Source: a virus (lineage: Duplodnaviria > Caudoviricetes). Taken from it: a stretch of DNA of 27,331 nucleotides. Under the pieces are notes generated by a model that did not search any database, was not told where the DNA came from, and was given only the letters and a program-made list of their open reading frames with translations. Location of the stretch: positions 1-27,331 of the IMG/VR virus record IMGVR_UViG_3300030103_003426; one strand, written 5' to 3'. A program made the position numbers and the translations under genes. This document shows, piece by piece, positions 7,800-17,488 of this stretch (the first letter of the stretch is position 1; each line of letters starts with the position of its first letter).

Positions 7800-8750
7800 A
7801 TGGCTAATGAAATAACCAATAGAAATCTGTCGAATCCAACTGAGGATCTACGACTTTCCAAAATGATCAGCCAAGAGATTCGTTTACTCTTGACTGACTC
7901 AACCAACCTTCGAAACACTCCATTTGTTGACTTTGTAGGCAGCATCAATGGACTTGGTTCAGATACCATTCGCGTACGTAAAGCAGGCCTTGATGGCTTT
8001 GATGCTTTTACTGCCTTCACAGGTGCAACTGAGATTGATGCTGTATCAAACTCTGCTTTGACTGATGCATTTGTTGATGTAGTATGCAAAAGAAATTCTT
8101 TAGCGTACGAAATTTCTGACCTTGCTTCCATGACTGGTTTGGGCGCAGGTGACATCGATCCATTTCGCATTGCTGATTCAATCGCAGCTTCATATGATGC
8201 TTTGTTTGCAAAGTTGACTGGTGCAACTGTTGGTGGCTTTGGAACTGTACAAGGAACAACAAACACTGATTTAGATGTTGGAAAGTTCTTACTTGCAATC
8301 CAAGAACTGGAAAAAGCTAGCAGTGGCAAGGGTGCTCCTGGACCATATGTTGCATTGTTGCATCCAAAGCAGTTTGCTGACCTTCAAGACAGCATCTTGG
8401 GTCAAACATCTGGTATCCTTCAGTTCATCGCAGCTTCATATGATGCCATCAGTGCCAAAGGAAGTCACTACAAAGGAAATTTCATGGGTGTTGAAATCTA
8501 CACTTCCTCATACATCACAAATGATGGAACTGACCATCAAGGTGCTGTGTTTGCTGCTGGTGCACTTGGTTTTGCTACTGGAATGCCAAGTGGTCTTCCA
8601 GGTTCTGCAGAATCAATGGAAATGGGAGAAGTCATGATTGAAATGGATCGACAAGCTGACAAAGCATTGACCAAGATTGTTGGACATGCTTACTTGGGAA
8701 TGTCAATCATTGATGACAATCGTGGATGTCTTTTGATCTCAAAAGTTTAA
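7800..8750 (+). CDS. Major capsid protein (HK97 fold expected), 316 aa
   Basis: Size and position, own promoter and terminator. YVALLHPKQFADL, GNFMGVEIYTSS and GAVFAAGALG are typical MCP segments. Confidence 0.9.
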   Translation: MANEITNRNLSNPTEDLRLSKMISQEIRLLLTDSTNLRNTPFVDFVGSINGLGSDTIRVRKAGLDGFDAFTAFTGATEIDAVSNSALTDAFVDVVCKRNSLAYEISDLASMTGLGAGDIDPFRIADSIAASYDALFAKLTGATVGGFGTVQGTTNTDLDVGKFLLAIQELEKASSGKGAPGPYVALLHPKQFADLQDSILGQTSGILQFIAASYDAISAKGSHYKGNFMGVEIYTSSYITNDGTDHQGAVFAAGALGFATGMPSGLPGSAESMEMGEVMIEMDRQADKALTKIVGHAYLGMSIIDDNRGCLLISKV

Positions 8751-8769
8751 TCTGACACAATCCAATCAT

Positions 8770-8800
8770 GGTGGTGGTCTTCTAGGCTGCCACCTTTTTT
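8770..8800 (+). terminator. Intrinsic terminator after the capsid gene
   Basis: GGTGGTGGTCT-tct-AGGCTGCCACC stem (three G-U) followed by T6. Confidence 0.8.
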
Positions 8801-8815
8801 CCAACGAGGTACACA

Positions 8816-9499
8816 ATGGAAATCACACCAACATCATGGCAACCCATGACACAGCAGGCACAAACTTTGCTGCCTGCACAGCCCAATCATCCATTTTACT
8901 ACAAATGGCATCCAACCAACTGGCATTTTGTCTATAGAGATGTCAAAGTTGTTACTGGCAAGGGTGAAAAGGCTAAAACAGTTACAAAACGCAAAGGATT
9001 CTTTGTGCCACATTTGAGAATGGAAAGAGTCATTCCAGGTGTGAACGGTATACAACAAATCTCTGGTGAGATTGGCAACGCAGGTTCCAGAATAGGAAAA
9101 CTGCAGCAAGAAGGTTGGGTATATTTGGACCCAGCCAAATTTGATTACATGCATGTGTATCAAGTGCGAGGTGGTCGATATCACGTTCCAAAATGGATGA
9201 ATGTCAGAGTTGTGGCCAATCGACTGATTGAAAAGATGGATACTGATGGATTGCATCTCTGGTCTGTGAATCTGCTGCGTTCCAACATTCTTGGAACTCC
9301 TGAAGTTCATTTTTGGGAACTGGCAGTGACACAGAATGAAGGTGGAAGGATTGTTGATAATTTGGTTAAGCAACAACACTTGCCAGAAATGAAATCCAAA
9401 CTGGATGCGATACGTGATACAGTGAAGGATATGAAAGCATTTATTGCTGACTATAAAAAAAGAGGCCTTGCAGTATACGAGGATTTCAACAATGAGTGA
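8816..9499 (+). CDS. Hypothetical protein, 227 aa
   Basis: GAGGT RBS; lies between capsid and adaptor genes. No family recognised. Confidence 0.8.
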   Translation: MEITPTSWQPMTQQAQTLLPAQPNHPFYYKWHPTNWHFVYRDVKVVTGKGEKAKTVTKRKGFFVPHLRMERVIPGVNGIQQISGEIGNAGSRIGKLQQEGWVYLDPAKFDYMHVYQVRGGRYHVPKWMNVRVVANRLIEKMDTDGLHLWSVNLLRSNILGTPEVHFWELAVTQNEGGRIVDNLVKQQHLPEMKSKLDAIRDTVKDMKAFIADYKKRGLAVYEDFNNE

Positions 9500-10265
9500 T
9501 TCAACACCATATGCACCACAAATCAAGGTTCCAGAACTGTTGGAACGTGGAAAGTCACAACTGACAACACTTCCAGTCTTCAGAGATGGTGCATTGGTGG
9601 TTCCATCAGATGTCAGATACAGTCTGATTGCACCTGATGGAACAAAGATTGTTGATGAAGCTGCTGGAACATCTCCAGGAAACATCTCCCAGTTCACACA
9701 CAGTTCATCCAATCTGGCATCCACTCTGAATCTTGGTGAAGGATACTTGCAAGAATGGGAAATCACCTTTTCTGGAGGAGCATACAACTTCAGAAGAAAT
9801 GCAGCCATTGTGAAGCGCAGATTGTATCCAGTTGTCAGTGATGGAGATTTGACCAGCACATATTCACAACTTGCAGACATTAGACCAAGCAGCTTGACCA
9901 GTTACCAAACATACATTGATGAAGCATGGTATACAATGATTCAGAAGATGAGGACTGAAGGTGGTGGACTTGAATACTTGGTGATGTCTCCTGAAGCATT
10001 CCGGTCTGCACATCAGAACTTGACTTTGTATTATATATTCAGAGACTTTCACTCCAGTCTTGGACAGTCCAACGGGCGATATTTAGACCTAGCAAGTGAA
10101 CACTTCAAGCAATACACCCATGAATGGAAACAAATCAACTTTGTGTATGATTATGACCATGATGGCCAAAGTGACCAACCAAACAAAAGACAAGCAAAAC
10201 AGCCAGTGATTTACACCACACAACCTGGAACATTTTACCGGTTCAGAGCAGGTCGAAGAAGATGA
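9492..10265 (+). CDS. Putative head-tail adaptor with N-terminal Ig-like beta domain, 257 aa
   Basis: Position after the capsid gene. Beta-rich N-terminal half (GYLQEWEITF), helical C-terminal half ending YDYDHDGQSD. Start 9492 overlaps the upstream stop region. Confidence 0.6.
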   Translation: MSDSTPYAPQIKVPELLERGKSQLTTLPVFRDGALVVPSDVRYSLIAPDGTKIVDEAAGTSPGNISQFTHSSSNLASTLNLGEGYLQEWEITFSGGAYNFRRNAAIVKRRLYPVVSDGDLTSTYSQLADIRPSSLTSYQTYIDEAWYTMIQKMRTEGGGLEYLVMSPEAFRSAHQNLTLYYIFRDFHSSLGQSNGRYLDLASEHFKQYTHEWKQINFVYDYDHDGQSDQPNKRQAKQPVIYTTQPGTFYRFRAGRRR

Positions 10266-10696
10266 AACTGAGCCAAATAAGACAGGCATTTGCAGAAAAG
10301 ATTGCTGCCATCAGTGGATTCAAGGAGTCCAAGCACACTCCAGACTTTTTTGGAAGGACTGAAAACACTGTTGCACACTTGGCATTCTCTGTTTCAATGG
10401 CATCAAGTACAGCAATGGAAGAAAGGCAACGCAGTGCAGTTGGACAATATATCAGCACACCTGTCCAAGTGGTATTCTCATATAGACTGCGACCATTGGA
10501 CATTTACCCAACTGATTATGATTTGGCAATGGACCAAGAAGAAGAAATCATTGCTGCATGTTTGGGTGTTTATTCATCACCCAAAAATGAGTTCACAGTG
10601 CGCTACGTATCCAGCACACGTGATGTCACAGACTCCCAAGAATATATGTTAATATACATCGACTTCATAACCTTACACACAATAAACAGGAGCTGA
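10262..10696 (+). CDS. Putative tail completion/terminator protein, 144 aa
   Basis: ATGA coupling, immediately before the major tail gene. Size and LSQIRQAFAEKI start are typical. Confidence 0.6.
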   Translation: MKLSQIRQAFAEKIAAISGFKESKHTPDFFGRTENTVAHLAFSVSMASSTAMEERQRSAVGQYISTPVQVVFSYRLRPLDIYPTDYDLAMDQEEEIIAACLGVYSSPKNEFTVRYVSSTRDVTDSQEYMLIYIDFITLHTINRS

Positions 10697-10697
10697 A

Positions 10698-11198
10698 ATG
10701 GCTTATTCAAATATACCCAAAACAAAACGAGATGGAAAGATTGAACTGATTGATGGAACTGGTTCACCAGTTGTTCTTGAAGTTGCTTTTGAAGATGGTA
10801 ATTTCTCATTCTCACAACCACAGCAGTTCAGTGAACTGGTTGTAATGGATCGCGGTTCATTTGCTACAATCCGCAAACAAGATGAACAAGCAATCACAGG
10901 TTCATTCAGCTTCCACTTTAGAGAGTTCACAAGTGCTGATGTTGGTTCTGTTCGTGACTTCATCAATCAATCAGGTGCATATGCTGGTAACATCTCAACT
11001 GGAGATGCTGGAACACCATTTGTTGAGCACTATTGTATTGACATCCGTTACACTGCTGAAGGTACTGACTTTGGTGATTCCGGTGATCACATTGTTGGTT
11101 TGTCCAAGTGTGTTTGTGCATTGGACTTTGCTGAAGGTGACCCAAGTGCATTCACATTGAACTTCACTTGTTATGGTGGTGTGAATCAGTTGTCATAA
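10698..11198 (+). CDS. Major tail (tube) protein, 166 aa
   Basis: Acidic and beta-rich (ITGSFSFHF, FAEGDPSAFTLNFTCY). Followed by a hairpin and the chaperone pair. Confidence 0.8.
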   Translation: MAYSNIPKTKRDGKIELIDGTGSPVVLEVAFEDGNFSFSQPQQFSELVVMDRGSFATIRKQDEQAITGSFSFHFREFTSADVGSVRDFINQSGAYAGNISTGDAGTPFVEHYCIDIRYTAEGTDFGDSGDHIVGLSKCVCALDFAEGDPSAFTLNFTCYGGVNQLS

Positions 11199-11224
11199 TC
11201 GACAGTCTGAAATTTCAAAAAACT

Positions 11225-11253
11225 TTGGGTTATCCGATGGATAGCCCAACTTT
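11225..11253 (+). terminator. Hairpin after the major tail gene (partial terminator or mRNA stabiliser)
   Basis: TTGGGTTATCC-gat-GGATAGCCCAA 11-bp stem with only a weak CTTT tail. Confidence 0.6.
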
Positions 11254-11273
11254 CATAGAATCAGAGGTGCAAA

Positions 11274-11618
11274 ATGAAAGTAGATTTGAAGAAACTTGGA
11301 GAACATGAAGTTGTTCTGCCAAAATCAATTGCTGTGTGTCTTGACTTTGTCAGCATATGGGGTTCAGAACCAAACAGAGCACAGTTGGGAAGATTGTGCG
11401 CAGCTGCAATTGCAGTTGGTGTGAATCATGCCAAATGTCTTCCAGCATATCCAGTTGCCACTGGTGACCCAATCACATTTGGGTTCAAGTGTTTGGACCG
11501 GATGTTGGATGCTGGTATGACTCCTGCACAAATATATCAGCAAGGTTCTGCAGTGCTGGTTGAAATGGGTAAAATCATACCAACTGAAGATGAAGTGGAA
11601 GACACTGCAAATTTTTGA
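11274..11618 (+). CDS. Tail assembly chaperone (lambda gpG analogue), 114 aa
   Basis: GAGGT RBS; follows the major tail gene; ends ...EDTANF at a slippery heptamer. Confidence 0.8.
   Translation: MKVDLKKLGEHEVVLPKSIAVCLDFVSIWGSEPNRAQLGRLCAAAIAVGVNHAKCLPAYPVATGDPITFGFKCLDRMLDAGMTPAQIYQQGSAVLVEMGKIIPTEDEVEDTANF
11609..11615 (+). promoter_or_regulatory. Programmed -1 ribosomal frameshift site A AAT TTT
   Basis: X XXY YYZ heptamer in the correct phase just before the TGA. The -1 frame continues into ORF 11615-11836. Confidence 0.8.
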
Positions 11619-11836
11619 TAAGTCGGTGGGGTGCGTTTGATTTGATGGTCATGCGCATAGCCCAAAGATGGAATCAAGCTCCAGATTGGTTTTATACATT
11701 GGAAACATCGACACAAATAAAAGTATTGGCTGAATATAGATTGCACTGTGAATCTCCTGAAGAAAAGAAGGATAGACAACACGCCATAAAAATGGCTAAA
11801 ATGGAAGCAATGATCAAGAAAAGGATTCAGCCGTGA
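11615..11836 (+). CDS. Frameshift extension of the tail chaperone (gpGT analogue)
   Basis: In the -1 frame of the upstream gene, with only a TTG start and no clear RBS. IAQRWNQAPDWFYTL resembles gpT-like segments. Confidence 0.75.
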   Translation: MISRWGAFDLMVMRIAQRWNQAPDWFYTLETSTQIKVLAEYRLHCESPEEKKDRQHAIKMAKMEAMIKKRIQP

Positions 11837-12303
11837 AGAAATACACATCAGGAAATGCAACAGTGACCATTCAAGAAGACATGCAAGATATGTTCATGGG
11901 ATTCTTGAAGACTGTTGCTCCTGGTGCTGAAGCCATCATGGATGCAGAACTGAAGCGCATTGAAAAAGAGGCTGTGCGAGAATGGCCCAAAAGAAAACCA
12001 CAGATTCGCAGGGATAGTGAAGGCAAAGTGGTATTTTCAAAGAAGACATCTTTGGAATCATACAAAAAATTCAAGCGTGGAATGTCAGTGGATGCAAATG
12101 GAAACTTCATTGTTTTTTTGAAGAACTCTGCTCCATATAGTTATGTAATCAGATATGGTGTGGACTCTGAGAACTGGAGAAGACAAGACATTATTCAACC
12201 AACTGGTCGAAGGGTTGCTGATGAAACCCTTGTGAAACCACACAGAAAAACTGCAAACAAGGTTGTGAAAGCCTTGTCAAATGATTTGATGAAGCGAGTG
12301 TGA
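11833..12303 (+). CDS. Putative HK97 gp10-like tail/neck protein, 156 aa
   Basis: Basic. EAVREWP, NSAPYSYVIRYG and C-terminal LVKP plus helix match the gp10-like pattern. GTGA coupling. Confidence 0.55.
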   Translation: MKKYTSGNATVTIQEDMQDMFMGFLKTVAPGAEAIMDAELKRIEKEAVREWPKRKPQIRRDSEGKVVFSKKTSLESYKKFKRGMSVDANGNFIVFLKNSAPYSYVIRYGVDSENWRRQDIIQPTGRRVADETLVKPHRKTANKVVKALSNDLMKRV

Positions 12304-12306
12304 TTC

Positions 12307-14298
12307 ATGGCAGAACAAAAGAAAAGTATTGAAATTAGTTATAAAGCCAATCTGAATGATTTGTTGGCAAAACTAAAGACCATACCCAATGTTACAGACC
12401 AAGAAGCCAAAAAGATGGTTGCAGCTTTAGACAGGCAACTGAAACAGGCTGAAAAGGCTGCAAAGAAATCTGCTGATGCATCAAAGAAAGCAGCAAAAGA
12501 TGCAGCACAAGCAGCGGCCAGAGGTGCACACCAGTTTGATGAACTTGGAGACTCTGCAAGGCGTGCAGAAGAAAGATTGGAGCGTGTTGGTGATGCCAGT
12601 GGTGATATTGATCGTGGATTCAGTTCCATTGGTCTTGCATTGCGTGGAGTGAATCCACAGTTGGCTGAAGCTGCTGATGGCATTGCTGATGCATTTGCAG
12701 TCACTGAAGGTCTCACAATGTCATTTGCTGCATTGAATCCTGTTGTTGTTGCACTAGCTGCAACTGTTGGAACATTGACACTTGGATACATGGCCTATCA
12801 GCAGGAGATTGAAAAGGCCAAGCAACTCACATTGGATTTGAGAGAAGCCCAGAAAAGTTTAAGTGATTCATATAAAGAGTTGCAAGCAAACTTCACAGAT
12901 TCATTGAACAAACTTGGTGAAATACAAGATGAATATGCTGTATTAACTGGCCAAATTACTGAATATGAACTTGCATTGAAGCAGACTGAACGCAATACCA
13001 AAGCAATGTTCCAAACCAACATTGACCAGCAACAGAGTGTGATTGATGGCAGGAAAGAAGAACTGCAGTTGATAAATAGCATGATGCAATCAAACTTGGG
13101 ATCAATCAAAGATGCAAGATTGTTGTCTGATGCTGAAAAAGAACGGTTGAACAATCTGCAGCTGTTGACCAAAGGTGTGAACAAAACCATTGACCTGACA
13201 AAGCATGATTTGGCTTTGAATGTTGAACTGGCGAAGATTCGAGATTCACTAAACAATGAGATTGCAAAACAAGAAAAAGGATTGGAAATCATTGTTGGTC
13301 ATCAAAAACAAGCAGTTGACATGGCTATGCAGATACAAGAGCATGAAAATGAAACCAAGCGTGTCAAAGAAGAACAAAAAGACATTGATAAGGAATCTAC
13401 AAAACTCCAAAAGAAAAGAAAAGATAATGCAAAAGAAGAATTGGATGATGTCCGCAATTTGATTGCATTGATGAATGAAAGATTCAATAAACAACAATCT
13501 GCATTGAAAGACCTTGATAAACTTTCAGAAGAAACTGGTTTGAATGATGAACAAAGAGATTTTTTGAACTTTCAAAGGGAAATGGACAGAATCAGAGAAC
13601 TTGGAAAGGTCAGTGGTGACACAGCACTTGCAGAAGACATCATCAAAGAAGCAACTCACCAAAGACAACTTGACAGATTGGAAGAACTTAAAGAAAAAAG
13701 AAAAGAAGGTGCCAAACAAAGTCTTGAACAAGCTATTGAATTAGGCAAAGTGCTTGGTGACTTTGCTGAACAACGAATTGAAAACAATCAGATTGATGTT
13801 GAACAACAACTTGAAAAGCAGAAAGAGTTGATGGAGATGTCAAAGATTGAAAGACAGGCTTTTGAACAAGACAAAAAACAACAATTGTCACTATTTAGAT
13901 TTAGAAAAGGAATGGCAATAGCTGATATTGCAATGAGCACTGCAGAAGCAGTTGCAGCAGCACAAAAATTGATAGCACCATTCAACGCAATCAAAACAGC
14001 ACTTGCATTGGCAACAGGCGCAGCACAAACAGCAATAGTGATGGGACAGAAGCCACCTTCATTTCACATGGGGGGTATGGCACCAGATGAAATGGGTGCA
14101 CGAGTGCTTCAAGGTGAAGCAGTTTTGGACCGTGCAACAGTGCAGCGCATTGGTGGTGAAGAAGGTGTGCAGCAACTTCAAGAAGGCAACATTGGTGACA
14201 GCAAAGTGGTTGTGATACAACCATTCAAGCACTTTGGCAGATTCGCAAAAGAAATAGGCTTCAGAGCCCCAATACAAACCGGATTGAGAGCATATTAA
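12307..14298 (+). CDS. Tape measure protein, 663 aa
   Basis: Long helical Ala/Glu/Lys/Gln-rich protein with hydrophobic ALNPVVVALAATVG. C-terminal FHMGGMAPDE...GEAVL is common at TMP ends. Confidence 0.9.
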   Translation: MAEQKKSIEISYKANLNDLLAKLKTIPNVTDQEAKKMVAALDRQLKQAEKAAKKSADASKKAAKDAAQAAARGAHQFDELGDSARRAEERLERVGDASGDIDRGFSSIGLALRGVNPQLAEAADGIADAFAVTEGLTMSFAALNPVVVALAATVGTLTLGYMAYQQEIEKAKQLTLDLREAQKSLSDSYKELQANFTDSLNKLGEIQDEYAVLTGQITEYELALKQTERNTKAMFQTNIDQQQSVIDGRKEELQLINSMMQSNLGSIKDARLLSDAEKERLNNLQLLTKGVNKTIDLTKHDLALNVELAKIRDSLNNEIAKQEKGLEIIVGHQKQAVDMAMQIQEHENETKRVKEEQKDIDKESTKLQKKRKDNAKEELDDVRNLIALMNERFNKQQSALKDLDKLSEETGLNDEQRDFLNFQREMDRIRELGKVSGDTALAEDIIKEATHQRQLDRLEELKEKRKEGAKQSLEQAIELGKVLGDFAEQRIENNQIDVEQQLEKQKELMEMSKIERQAFEQDKKQQLSLFRFRKGMAIADIAMSTAEAVAAAQKLIAPFNAIKTALALATGAAQTAIVMGQKPPSFHMGGMAPDEMGARVLQGEAVLDRATVQRIGGEEGVQQLQEGNIGDSKVVVIQPFKHFGRFAKEIGFRAPIQTGLRAY

Positions 14299-14299
14299 A

Positions 14300-17200
14300 A
14301 TGGGAACAAATACAACACCAGACAAGATGCGTGGATTCATTCTGCCAACTGTCAACATCACATCAGATAACATTTGGACTGCACAAAGCACATTCAGCCA
14401 ACAGAACCCCCGTGCAGGAGTTGCCAAGCCGGTTCAATCATTCACTGGATTGACTTTGGCAATGGCCGGTGAACAATCTGAATCCATCACTGTTGAAACC
14501 ATCGAAGGTGGGACACCAGGTGAAAAAGCTTCATTCGGTTGGTTTGGTTCAGACTCCATCAAGTTAGGACAAAATAGCAACAATGTTATAACGGATTGGA
14601 AGTATTTCAGTTTTGGAAGTGGTACCAGTTTCTTTGATGATTATGGTGCATGCACAACTGATGATGGAACATTGTTTTGGGTCTCTGAACTGGAGATTGG
14701 TGGATTGTATACCATTGCAGTACGTAGACAGAAACGAAATGCAGCACCAGAGTTGTTGCAAACTTTGTTGACAGCAACTATATCTGGTTCACCAAACACC
14801 ACAGCAAAACCAGCAATCTGTGAACTGAAAGATGGGAGTCTGTTGGTTTGTTACTTCGATTATACCCAAGTCGATCAAGTGAATCTCTTTGTGTGGAGGT
14901 CTCATGATGGTGGAGACAACTGGACTCAAATCAGCCGCAGGGCGATGGTTGACAATGATATATTGGTGGGTGCAAGTGGTGTTCATATTGATACCACGCA
15001 ACTGATTGTATCTGATGACATAGTGACATTGATGGTTGGCACACGTTCAAAGGTGACTGCACTGGGCAGAAATGCAATGGTTCAGTTTGTCTCCAGAGAC
15101 AGTGGAACAAGCTTTTTCACACTGGGCAATCATGGTGAAGATCATGCATTTCCAAGTGCATGTGCATTGCCTGATGGACAGATTGGATTTGCTTATGTAT
15201 CAGCAACAGACACAATCAGCTTTTTGAAAGTCCCTTTTCCAGGTATCGCAGCAGCAACAGGAACATACACCACTGAAAATGAAGTTAACATATCGAGTGG
15301 TGCCAAGACATTTGCAACCCAAACTGGAACCACATTGCTGGATGGGTCAGTTGCCATTTGGTTTCAGAATGAAAGAATCTTTGTTGCAGCTAGAGACACC
15401 AGCAATGACATATATGGTTTTGTATCGGATGATTTAGGTGAATCATGGGAGTTCATTGCACAGACAAACACTCCAGGAGTGAACACTGGTTTGATGTATG
15501 GCCCAAACTCCAGCACATTGATCAAGAATCTGAAGGCTGTTGTGTGGGAGGGGCGCGCAATGTTGATGCTCACAACCAAGCAATCCATTGCTGGAATGAT
15601 GTTTGGTGGATGGTCCAATGTGCAGCATCCAGAACTGGTCACACAGCCAGCGCGCAACCAGTATGAAGGATTTGAAGACAACTGGGTGCACAATCAGACA
15701 CCAGACACGAGTGCAGATTATACAACTTCCGGTACTGGAACAGCAACGATTGCAGAAGAAGGATTGCAAATCAGCACCACATCCACACAAATAAAAGAAT
15801 ACACCTATCAAGGAAACATATTTTTCAGTCAGTTTTACAGATTCAAATTACGTGTTGAAGATGGTGACAATGTTTCAAATGATTTTATCTGTTGGAAGAT
15901 TCAAAACACTGATGGTGCAAACTCTTATTCATTGAATCTCCGATTTGGAACAACCAAGTTTGTAATTCGTGACCACTCTGGGACACTTTCCACAATCAAT
16001 CTGGACATGACCAAGACACATGAGTTCATGGTTTTTCAAGATGCAACTGATGTGAAGGTGTATCATCGTGAATGGGATGAAAAGCAAGCAAAGAAATGGA
16101 CTGAAACAGCAGTGACATTAGGAACACAGCCAGCTGGACTATCAGGAACTATGGAATGGGGCCATTTGGCCATCAGTGGTTTCATTGGGTTTGAATCTTA
16201 TTGGAGTGAAATGCATGTGTCTGATGGCTCCAATGGAAAACCAAACACAGATTCACGCGGTGCAGTGTATCCAACTTATGGCTCATTCACATACATTGAT
16301 GAAGGTTTGTTGTTGTCTGCAAAGGACAGTCCAGCGCGCGCAGAAGACCAGTACACCATCAAACCGCGCTTTGACTTCCCAGTGGAGCACATCTTTTATG
16401 ATGTTTCACTGTCTCCAAGAGTTGTCTGGAGAAGCAAGAATGATTCAGCAGCAGAACGGATTGCATTTTTTACAGATCCAGTTGTGCAGGCCACTGCAAA
16501 ATCATTGGGCCTGTCTGATGTGGTGGGTGTGCATCTTTCCAACATCAACTGGAGAACTGGAAAACTGCGTTCATGGAATGGAGCCAGTTGGGATGATCTA
16601 GCAACGATTGATTCCAGCACTGGTCTGGTTGGTTCCTTCAAACGTGATGGATCCACATTGTATTCCAGTACATCATCCAAAGATTTCTACTTGAAATACA
16701 ATGAAGCAAACGGATGGAGAGCAGAACTGACATCTGGTGATGATACACACATTGTACAAATCAAGCAAAACAGTGAAGGTCTTTTCAGTGATGCATCAGA
16801 CTCCAAGCAGACAGTTCTGGTGATTGACACAGCACTGACAGATCCAAGTACACTTCCAACCAGTGGAACACTGAAACTGATGCCAACCAGCATCACATTG
16901 GTTGCAGACCTGTTCCAGAATGCTGCTGGTGCTGGTGGAATAGCCTTTGCAATCGAGATTGACAACCAGAGCACACTTGAAGGATACTATCAAATAGGGT
17001 GCATGGTGTTTGGCAATGTGTATTTCATGGCACCACAGTATCAAAGGGGTCGCACAATCAGTTTTGATGCCAATGTTCAAGCATATGAAACCAATGATGG
17101 CCAATACTATGCACGCAAGATGTCTGATGGCCGGCGCAGCTTCAGAATAGGATGGACAGAACCAGTGGATACTAGAGACATCATGGCACTGAATCCAGAC

Positions 17201-17488
17201 TATTGGCAATACTCCACACATGCTGATGCAAGACCAGTTGCACATTATGGAGATGCTGTCTTTGGTATGGTTGGAATAGCACAATACATGTCAGAACAAA
17301 GACCAATGGTGTATCTGCCTTCATTAACAAAGCAGACTGGTGAAGATGCCAGTGAACTTTTCAACAGATACCACAATCAAGCACTGGTCAGAATGACTGG
17401 AGCAGTCACAATGGATTCTGTTCTTGGAGATGAAGAAACTGATGAACTGTTCAGATTGTCTACAGTGAATCTAGTGGAGATTGAATAA
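14300..17488 (+). CDS. Large tail-tip protein with Asp-box (BNR) beta-propeller, 1062 aa
   Basis: Directly after TMP. Asp-boxes SHDGGDNW (14900), SRDSGTSF (15092) and SDDLGESW (15425); beta-rich throughout. Confidence 0.8.
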   Translation: MGTNTTPDKMRGFILPTVNITSDNIWTAQSTFSQQNPRAGVAKPVQSFTGLTLAMAGEQSESITVETIEGGTPGEKASFGWFGSDSIKLGQNSNNVITDWKYFSFGSGTSFFDDYGACTTDDGTLFWVSELEIGGLYTIAVRRQKRNAAPELLQTLLTATISGSPNTTAKPAICELKDGSLLVCYFDYTQVDQVNLFVWRSHDGGDNWTQISRRAMVDNDILVGASGVHIDTTQLIVSDDIVTLMVGTRSKVTALGRNAMVQFVSRDSGTSFFTLGNHGEDHAFPSACALPDGQIGFAYVSATDTISFLKVPFPGIAAATGTYTTENEVNISSGAKTFATQTGTTLLDGSVAIWFQNERIFVAARDTSNDIYGFVSDDLGESWEFIAQTNTPGVNTGLMYGPNSSTLIKNLKAVVWEGRAMLMLTTKQSIAGMMFGGWSNVQHPELVTQPARNQYEGFEDNWVHNQTPDTSADYTTSGTGTATIAEEGLQISTTSTQIKEYTYQGNIFFSQFYRFKLRVEDGDNVSNDFICWKIQNTDGANSYSLNLRFGTTKFVIRDHSGTLSTINLDMTKTHEFMVFQDATDVKVYHREWDEKQAKKWTETAVTLGTQPAGLSGTMEWGHLAISGFIGFESYWSEMHVSDGSNGKPNTDSRGAVYPTYGSFTYIDEGLLLSAKDSPARAEDQYTIKPRFDFPVEHIFYDVSLSPRVVWRSKNDSAAERIAFFTDPVVQATAKSLGLSDVVGVHLSNINWRTGKLRSWNGASWDDLATIDSSTGLVGSFKRDGSTLYSSTSSKDFYLKYNEANGWRAELTSGDDTHIVQIKQNSEGLFSDASDSKQTVLVIDTALTDPSTLPTSGTLKLMPTSITLVADLFQNAAGAGGIAFAIEIDNQSTLEGYYQIGCMVFGNVYFMAPQYQRGRTISFDANVQAYETNDGQYYARKMSDGRRSFRIGWTEPVDTRDIMALNPDYWQYSTHADARPVAHYGDAVFGMVGIAQYMSEQRPMVYLPSLTKQTGEDASELFNRYHNQALVRMTGAVTMDSVLGDEETDELFRLSTVNLVEIE

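Noticed and set aside
8834-9880. 348-aa minus-strand ORF and the many other antisense ORFs (e.g. 4115-4714, 7784-8329, 12339-13292)
   Set aside because: They shadow well-supported plus-strand genes and lack RBSs and motifs. They are expected because TA depletion removes antisense TAA/TAG stops.
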